In this document: one piece after another, positions 6,066-10,593 of the stretch
How the letters are laid out: each line of letters starts with the position of its first letter
Numbering within the stretch: the first letter of the stretch is position 1
DNA from: a virus
Strand: one strand, 5' to 3'
Virus genome (UHGV): UHGV-0266384
DNA: 10,593 nucleotides
The notes under the pieces: model-generated
Told to the model about the DNA's origin: nothing
The model's input: the letters and a program-made list of their open reading frames with translations, nothing else
Databases searched by the model: none
Position numbers and translations under genes: made by a program

Positions 6066-6289
6066 CCTCTACCCCATCCACCTGAATGAAATAAACGCAT
6101 ATTATTCAACATGATAAGTGGGTAGAGGGCTAGGTAGAAGGCTAATAAAACCTCTCTACCTCTTCTACCATGATTAAGATCGTTTGTGAGGGGCGGGTAG
6201 AGGATGGGTAGAGGGCCACGAAAGCCCTCTACCCATCTGAAAGCCGCGCCATTACTGACATGAAAGATGATTAGGTAGAGAGGTAGAGG
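6066..6289. repeat. Iteron-type replication origin (candidate ori): at least 9 copies of GGTAGAGG / CCTCTACC
   Basis: GGTAGAGG or one-mismatch variants at 6121, 6133, 6196, 6207, 6274 and 6282; CCTCTACC or variants at 6066, 6151-6170 and 6226. Includes the perfect inverted pair GGGTAGAGGGC-7nt-GCCCTCTACCC (6206-6234). AT-rich spacers lie between the copies. Confidence 0.7.
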
Positions 6290-6337
6290 AGGTGCACCAC
6301 AACCTAAAACTTTTTAAACACGAGAGTAAAAATAAAA

Positions 6338-6616
6338 ATGCACACATCAGGAAGATTTAACAAATCACTCAAAAAACGCAAAGACAGAACAGCACCAAGA
6401 TATAAAGCGCTGGAGATGACAGAGCACGCCTTAAAGGTGGCTATAAAGGTGATAGACATCACAGCGGGAGAAGGATACTCGAAAGCACATCCCGAACTAA
6501 TAAGCGCATTCATGACCACGGCGGCGGCAAACTTTGCCACGCTGACAGAGCGGGAGATTGCAGAAGCGGAACAGGTAACAACCATCAACGTTAAAACCGG
6601 AGAGCAGACAGCATGA
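6338..6616 (+). CDS. Hypothetical protein (92 aa), translationally coupled to ssb
   Basis: The ORF's stop overlaps the ssb start (ATGA). No family recognised and the start codon is uncertain (weak SD). Confidence 0.45.
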   Translation: MHTSGRFNKSLKKRKDRTAPRYKALEMTEHALKVAIKVIDITAGEGYSKAHPELISAFMTTAAANFATLTEREIAEAEQVTTINVKTGEQTA

Positions 6617-7023
6617 CAGCACAGATAGCGGCTTACGGGCGGCTGGTGGACGACCCGCAGGTAAAACAGACCAGCAAGGGCACACCAATGACGCTGGCAC
6701 GTATGGCGGTATCGTTGCCATGTAGTCAGGCGCAGGATGGGCAGGCTACGTTATGGCTATCGGTGATGGCATTTGGTAAGCAGGCCGACTTCCTGGCTAA
6801 ACATCAAAAAGGCGACGTTGCCAGCGTATCCGGCACGATGCAGGTCAGCCAGTGGACCGGACAGAACGGGGAAACGCGGCAGGGTTATCAGGTTATTGCA
6901 GACAGCGTAATCAGTGCCCGTGCGGCACGTCCTGGCGGGAACAGACGCAAAACCACAGGCACACAGGGTAATCAGCCACCAGCGGGAGGCGATGACCCTT
7001 ACGGTGATGATATTCCGTTCTGA
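6613..7023 (+). CDS. ssb: Single-stranded DNA-binding protein (phage-type SSB)
   Basis: 136 aa with an OB-fold-like N-terminal region and a Gly/Pro-rich tail ending in the hallmark acidic C-terminus ...DDPYGDDIPF (E. coli SSB ends ...DFDDDIPF). Confidence 0.8.
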   Translation: MTAQIAAYGRLVDDPQVKQTSKGTPMTLARMAVSLPCSQAQDGQATLWLSVMAFGKQADFLAKHQKGDVASVSGTMQVSQWTGQNGETRQGYQVIADSVISARAARPGGNRRKTTGTQGNQPPAGGDDPYGDDIPF

Positions 7024-7033
7024 GGGGGTGAGG

Positions 7034-7306
7034 ATGGTACATGACCGCATAGCGGAGGAACTCGAGGCAAAAGGCTTTTACCGGAGGGCGGCGGCACGAT
7101 GGGGTGAAGTCATGCAGCTGGTGGAGACAGACAAGGAACGGCATCAGGTTACGATGCGACGGCTGGAATGTTCCAGGAAGGCACAGAGGCCACCGGAGCC
7201 GCCGGATAACTTCGGAGACCTGAGAAAGGCAGTCGATCGCACTTATGCTGAAATGGGTATAGATGGTGTAAGCGATGAAATATGGCGTAATTACCCAGGC
7301 AGCTAA
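7034..7306 (+). CDS. PerC/Pch-family-like transcriptional regulator (90 aa)
   Basis: ATG 7034 with SD GGGGGTGAGG (the track's 6914 start would overlap ssb). The N-terminal motif RIAEELEAKGFYRRAAARWGEVM resembles the PerC family signature as I recall it. Followed by two terminators. Confidence 0.45.
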   Translation: MVHDRIAEELEAKGFYRRAAARWGEVMQLVETDKERHQVTMRRLECSRKAQRPPEPPDNFGDLRKAVDRTYAEMGIDGVSDEIWRNYPGS

Positions 7307-7311
7307 TCAAC

Positions 7312-7334
7312 AGCCGGAGTAATCCGGCTTTTTT
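7312..7334 (+). terminator. Rho-independent terminator
   Basis: AGCCGGA-GTAA-TCCGGCT followed by TTTTT. Confidence 0.8.
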
Positions 7335-7340
7335 GTACCC

Positions 7341-7383
7341 AAAAAAAGCCCGATAAGTACAGGAGGCATCTTATCGGGCTTTT
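7341..7383. terminator. Second hairpin, potentially a bidirectional terminator
   Basis: AAAAAAA, then GCCCGATAAG - 12-nt loop - CTTATCGGGC, then TTTT. Confidence 0.6.
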
Positions 7384-7461
7384 GCATATGAGGTTTTTTT
7401 TGGCGCACTGACACACATGATCGGGATCATCATTTCATAATTTGCAACACAACTCAACATC

Positions 7462-7490
7462 ATTGCATAAAATGCAATCATGATTATAAT
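7462..7490 (+). promoter_or_regulatory. Late (capsid operon) promoter with operator palindrome
   Basis: -35 TTGCAT (7463-7468), 16-bp spacer, perfect -10 TATAAT (7485-7490). The 17-bp perfect palindrome ATTGCAT-AAA-ATGCAAT (7462-7478) overlaps the -35. Confidence 0.55.
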
Positions 7491-7546
7491 CAGATCTGGA
7501 TGAACATCCAGTTATGATTTTTTAAGTCAAAGAGGAATTTCTTACT

Positions 7547-7753
7547 ATGGCTGAAGAGAAAAAAGGCGGTGTTTCGGTGTACATAAGCCCCGACATCGTG
7601 AAGGCGCTCAAGGAACGCCACCAGCAGAACGTAAAAGCAGGCATTGCGGCAGGACTTGATCCGCTGGCGATGGTTGAGCCGTCAACAGGCTGGCAGGTAC
7701 GCGCCTATTTACGCGCGGCGCTGGGTATGAATCAGGTTCACGGGGGTGAATAA
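7547..7753 (+). CDS. Hypothetical small protein (68 aa), first gene of the capsid operon
   Basis: SD AGAGGA 9 nt upstream of the ATG; the stop overlaps the major capsid start by 1 nt (TAATG). No family recognised; position suggests a scaffold or assembly role. Confidence 0.55.
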   Translation: MAEEKKGGVSVYISPDIVKALKERHQQNVKAGIAAGLDPLAMVEPSTGWQVRAYLRAALGMNQVHGGE

Positions 7754-8808
7754 TGACAGTAAAAGCAATATCACTTAACACTAACCAGCTTTTTGCGTAC
7801 CTGAATCGCGAGGATATTGCGGAATTTAAATTCAGTCCGCTGTTTACCGCGCTGTTTTTCCCGAACGTGGCGACATTCAACACACAGGACATCATGTTAG
7901 ATAACCTGGATATTGAAGAAGTCACTATGTCGGCGTTTTGTTCGCCTATGGTGGGTAGCCAGGTTCAGCGCGATAAAGGGTACGAAACAAGCATTATTCG
8001 CCCTGGCTACATGAAGCCAAAACACGAAATCGATCCATTAAAAACAATAATGCGCATGGCTGGAGAAGATCCAGCACAGCTTAACGACCCTACCTACCGC
8101 CGTATGCGCCTGATTACTGGCAACATGCGCCGCCAGATAAACGCCATTAAAGCGCGCGTGGAATGGCTGGCGGTAAATGCGGTAACGACCGGAAAAAACA
8201 TCATTGAGGGCGAAGGCATAGAGCGCTATGAAATCGACTGGAAGATACCGGAAAAAAACATCATAGAGCAGGCCGACGGTAAAAAATGGTCAGAGCAGGA
8301 CAAAGACATACACGACCCAATCTATGACATTGAGCTATACGCAGATCAGGCAGGTTGCCCCGCAAACGTCATGATTATGGGCGTTGATGTATGGCGCATG
8401 TTACGCAGCTTTAAAAAATTCCGTGAACTGTACGATCTCTCCCGTGGTTCAGAATCCGCCGCAGAGCTGGCATGTAAAAACCTGGGAGAAGTGGTGAGCT
8501 TTAAAGGCTATCTTGGTGATCTGGCCCTTATCGTCTATTCCGGCAAATACACTGACAGCGACGGCACAGAAAAATATTTCCTTGAGCCTGATTTGCTGGT
8601 CCTGGGCAACACCAACAATAAAGGGCTGGTGGCCTATGGTGCGATTATGGAACAGGAAGCGGTAAGAACGGGCGCAACGCAAAACATGTTTTACCCGAAA
8701 AACTGGATTGAAGACGGCGATCCGGCGATTGAGTACGTGCAGACACACAGCGCACCGCAGCCTGTTCCGGCAGATATTCGCAAATTTGTTACCGTCAAAA
8801 TTGGTTAA
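7753..8808 (+). CDS. Major capsid protein, lambda gpE family
   Basis: 351 aa with multiple blocks matching lambda gpE from memory: EFKFSPLF (KFKFDPLF), RPGYMKPKHEIDP (TPGYVKPKHEVNP), DPTYRRMRLITGNMR (DPAYRRRRIIMQNMR), LGDLALIVYSGKY (YGDVAIVVYSGQY), YPKNWIEDGDPAIEY (YPKNWVTTGDPAREF), C-terminal KFVTVKIG (EFVSVQLA). Confidence 0.88.
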   Translation: MTVKAISLNTNQLFAYLNREDIAEFKFSPLFTALFFPNVATFNTQDIMLDNLDIEEVTMSAFCSPMVGSQVQRDKGYETSIIRPGYMKPKHEIDPLKTIMRMAGEDPAQLNDPTYRRMRLITGNMRRQINAIKARVEWLAVNAVTTGKNIIEGEGIERYEIDWKIPEKNIIEQADGKKWSEQDKDIHDPIYDIELYADQAGCPANVMIMGVDVWRMLRSFKKFRELYDLSRGSESAAELACKNLGEVVSFKGYLGDLALIVYSGKYTDSDGTEKYFLEPDLLVLGNTNNKGLVAYGAIMEQEAVRTGATQNMFYPKNWIEDGDPAIEYVQTHSAPQPVPADIRKFVTVKIG

Positions 8809-8819
8809 CGGTGGATTCT

Positions 8820-9155
8820 ATGAACACTCCATACATTGAGTTATTTGCAGGCAGTCAGCAGGTATCAACGACGCTGGTACATTTTGCCGCTGATGCTGGC
8901 GTTATTCAGGAATTTACCCCGCTGATGCTGGCGGACAATGGCGAGTTTAAGCCGTGGGATGGTCAGGAATCTGGCAAGGCTGTTTATCTGACCTCGTACC
9001 CCGTTGACACGTCGACGCAGAAATCAGCACAGTGCTATAAGACGGGGATATTCAATATCGCCGCCGTTAACTGGCCTGAGAGCGTCGACACCGATGCGAA
9101 AAAATGCGCCGCCTTTGCGGGTTCTGGCGTATCCGTTCAGCCGCTGGCCCGATAA
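8820..9155 (+). CDS. Head decoration protein, lambda gpD family
   Basis: 111 aa from ATG 8820 (the track's GTG 8811 is in the same frame). TPLMLADNGEFKPWDG matches lambda gpD TPLMLDTSSRKLVAWDG; YKTGIF...WPE...DAKKCAAFAGSGVSV matches gpD YKSGTF...WPE...ETKKRTAFAGTAISIV. Confidence 0.75.
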   Translation: MNTPYIELFAGSQQVSTTLVHFAADAGVIQEFTPLMLADNGEFKPWDGQESGKAVYLTSYPVDTSTQKSAQCYKTGIFNIAAVNWPESVDTDAKKCAAFAGSGVSVQPLAR

Positions 9156-9167
9156 GCAGGGGGAACG

Positions 9168-9581
9168 ATGGCAACGAATGAAAGCATCATGGCGCTACCG
9201 CTGGCGAGTAAATTTAAAGCCGAAGCGCGGGCAATGGCTGACAGAGGGTTATCAACCTACGAGGCCGTATATCAACTCAACAAACTGGAAGAACAGGACA
9301 AGCCGCGCGCTGATGCGATTATGGCGCTTCATGAACATAACGACTATCAGCCGCTGTTACGTGCAATGGCAAACGTGCCATGTATTAGCGTCGATAATGC
9401 TCGTGAAATCCTGAACATGACCATAGAGCAGGAGCGCCCAAAGGTTGCACCAGAGCTTACCGCAGCCTTTGAAAACTTTATGGACATGCACAGCCCGCAA
9501 GCCGTATCAGCTGGCATGGCATACGATGGCAGAAACCAGGGCGATGACGGCGACATCGATCACATACTGAAAACCATCTGA
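9168..9581 (+). CDS. Hypothetical protein (137 aa), last gene before cos; possibly packaging- or head-related
   Basis: Strong SD GGGGGA upstream of the ATG; followed by a strong terminator. No family recognised and no clear match to lambda FI or FII. Confidence 0.6.
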   Translation: MATNESIMALPLASKFKAEARAMADRGLSTYEAVYQLNKLEEQDKPRADAIMALHEHNDYQPLLRAMANVPCISVDNAREILNMTIEQERPKVAPELTAAFENFMDMHSPQAVSAGMAYDGRNQGDDGDIDHILKTI

Positions 9582-9587
9582 GACAAG

Positions 9588-9611
9588 GCCGGAGAAATCC
9601 GGCTTTTTTTT
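9588..9611 (+). terminator. Rho-independent terminator of the capsid operon
   Basis: GCCGGA-GAAA-TCCGGC followed by eight T residues. Confidence 0.85.
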
Positions 9612-9830
9612 ACGGGTCCTTTCCGGCATATGGACCCGTTACGGGGCGGCGACCTCGCGCGTTTTCACTATTTATGAAAATTTTCCGGGATCCATGTCCG
9701 GTTTCTCTGCAAGTTAACCATATGAAAAATATAAAAACATGCTTTCTATGAACCGGACATGCGCAAAAAACAGACACTAAAACCGGACATCGTACCCGTT
9801 AACCGGAAGTGTGCAAAAATCACACGCATT
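9609..9830 (+). other. Lambda-type cos site, copy 1: cosQ-like, cosN, and cosB with R-like repeats
   Basis: TTACGGGTCCTTTCCGG ... GTTACGGGGCGGCGACCTCGCG ... GTTTTC(A)CTATTTATGAAAATTTTCCGG is near-identical to the lambda cos junction as I remember it. The 12-nt cohesive end GGGCGGCGACCT is at 9644-9655. Downstream there are three or four AACCGGACAT(G/C)-type repeats in both orientations (9691-9826), consistent with terminase small-subunit binding sites. Confidence 0.8.
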
Positions 9831-10099
9831 GCTGCGCGTGATTAACAATTTATCGGCTTTACTGTTCTGTATAGGCTGGGTGGCGTCATGCCGTAGCCGT
9901 TCTCCGTGCCAGCATGGAATAATCCGTAGTTACAGAGCGGTAAAGTTAAAAATCACTTTCTGTTACGCCATCAAATACGCGATACAACAACCATGTGTTT
10001 TTACAAAACCATTTGATATCATTGAATTTTTTCACATTAATGACATCAAAATACATCGTAAGGTTGTTGTATTTATTTTATTTTTACCTTACTTATCAA

Positions 10100-10213
10100 T
10101 TAGATATACCAAACAATTAAACAACAACCACCCCCTCAAAAAATCTCATAAATAGCGAAAAACCGCGAGGTCGCCGCCCCGTAACGGGCCATAATTCCAG
10201 GAAGGACCCGACG
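10100..10213 (-). other. Second lambda-type cos site (copy 2) in inverted orientation, with a divergent cosB-side flank
   Basis: The reverse complement reads CGGGTCCTTCCTGG ... CCCGTTACGGGGCGGCGACCTCGCGG TTTTTCGCTATTTATGAGATTTT. cosN is identical to copy 1 over 25 bp (10164-10188 against 9635-9659), with the GGGCGGCGACCT complement at 10168-10179. The flank beyond TATTTATGA differs (GAGGGGGTGGTTGTTGTTTAATTG...). Confidence 0.75.
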
Positions 10214-10243
10214 ACACCAGACTATCAGAGCGATGGGGGCACA

Positions 10244-10525
10244 ATGACAGAAGCCGAACTACTGGGATTAATCCGCCGCGTTACCGGAATCAGCCAGCAG
10301 CATGACGAACAGGCCACACAGCCGGACAGCGTGACCGCTGAAAATTATGTGCGTGTTGTTGCTGAGGTGATGCGCCGTGATGGTATAGAACTTAATGGCG
10401 TGGATATGCGCAACATACGAACCAGAGTTCTTGAGTTGCTGGCCTACCGTCGCCGCGTGGAGATGTATCGGGAGAAGGAGAAAATAACGTACCACTGGAA
10501 GAAGCCGGAACGACTGCGTACGTAA
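10244..10525 (+). CDS. Hypothetical protein (93 aa) immediately distal to the cos region
   Basis: SD GGGGG upstream of ATG 10244; the stop is embedded in a 17-bp perfect palindrome CGTACGTA-A-TACGTACG (10517-10533). No family recognised. Its position next to cos suggests a packaging-related role, but this is not supported by sequence. Confidence 0.5.
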   Translation: MTEAELLGLIRRVTGISQQHDEQATQPDSVTAENYVRVVAEVMRRDGIELNGVDMRNIRTRVLELLAYRRRVEMYREKEKITYHWKKPERLRT

Positions 10526-10593
10526 TACGTACGGACATCGAGATAAAGACGGTTTAACCATCCATTAAAAATCAACGTGATTTTGTGCTTTCC

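Larger units (their letters stand above)
273..10593 (+). mobile_element. Phage satellite / PICI-like integrative island inserted at the tRNA-Pro 3' end (partial; right end beyond window)
   Basis: Gene content tRNA, int, alpA, pri-rep with iteron ori, ssb, capsid genes and cos matches the architecture of tRNA-integrated phage satellites. No direct repeat of the tRNA 3' end (attR) is present in the window. Confidence 0.8.

Noticed and set aside
6066-6289. GGTAGAGG repeat cluster as a possible CRISPR array
   Set aside because: The repeats are 8 bp, in both orientations, and irregularly spaced with no uniform spacers; this is the pattern of origin iterons, not CRISPR.
9004-9414. 136-aa plus-strand ORF overlapping the gpD-like and following genes
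   Set aside because: It is an out-of-frame overlap of two well-supported genes and its translation is Arg/Trp-rich.
9811-10155. 114-aa ORF inside the cos-flanked AT-rich segment
   Set aside because: No SD, odd composition, and it overlaps the R-like repeats and A/T tracts expected for cosB. Not excluded, so it is flagged in the findings rather than listed as a gene.
9613-10210. The 25-48-bp inverted repeats read as terminal inverted repeats of a MITE or IS, or as recombination sites of an invertible DNA switch
   Set aside because: The repeat arms match the lambda cosQ-cosN sequence including the 12-nt cohesive end, which explains them better. There is no transposase, no target-site duplication, and no invertase gene nearby.

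Overview
The window looks like the left ~10.3 kb of a phage satellite / PICI-like genomic island integrated at the 3' end of tRNA-Pro(GGG) (proL-type), with the right junction (attR) beyond the window. From left to right: the end of a chromosomal gene, tRNA-Pro, a P4-type tyrosine integrase, an AlpA-family regulator, a divergent switch region with a small ribbon-helix-helix ORF on the minus strand, two tandem Icd-like small genes, an SF3 primase-helicase, an iteron-type origin, SSB, a PerC-like regulator, then a late operon with a lambda gpE-like major capsid protein and a gpD-like decoration protein. The most unusual feature is two lambda-type cos sites (cosQ-cosN-proximal cosB) in inverted, head-to-head orientation about 500 bp apart, with identical cosN cores but different cosB flanks. 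All homology calls are from reading the translations and from memory of the protein families and of the lambda cos sequence; no database search was run. No rRNA, CRISPR array or IS element was seen.
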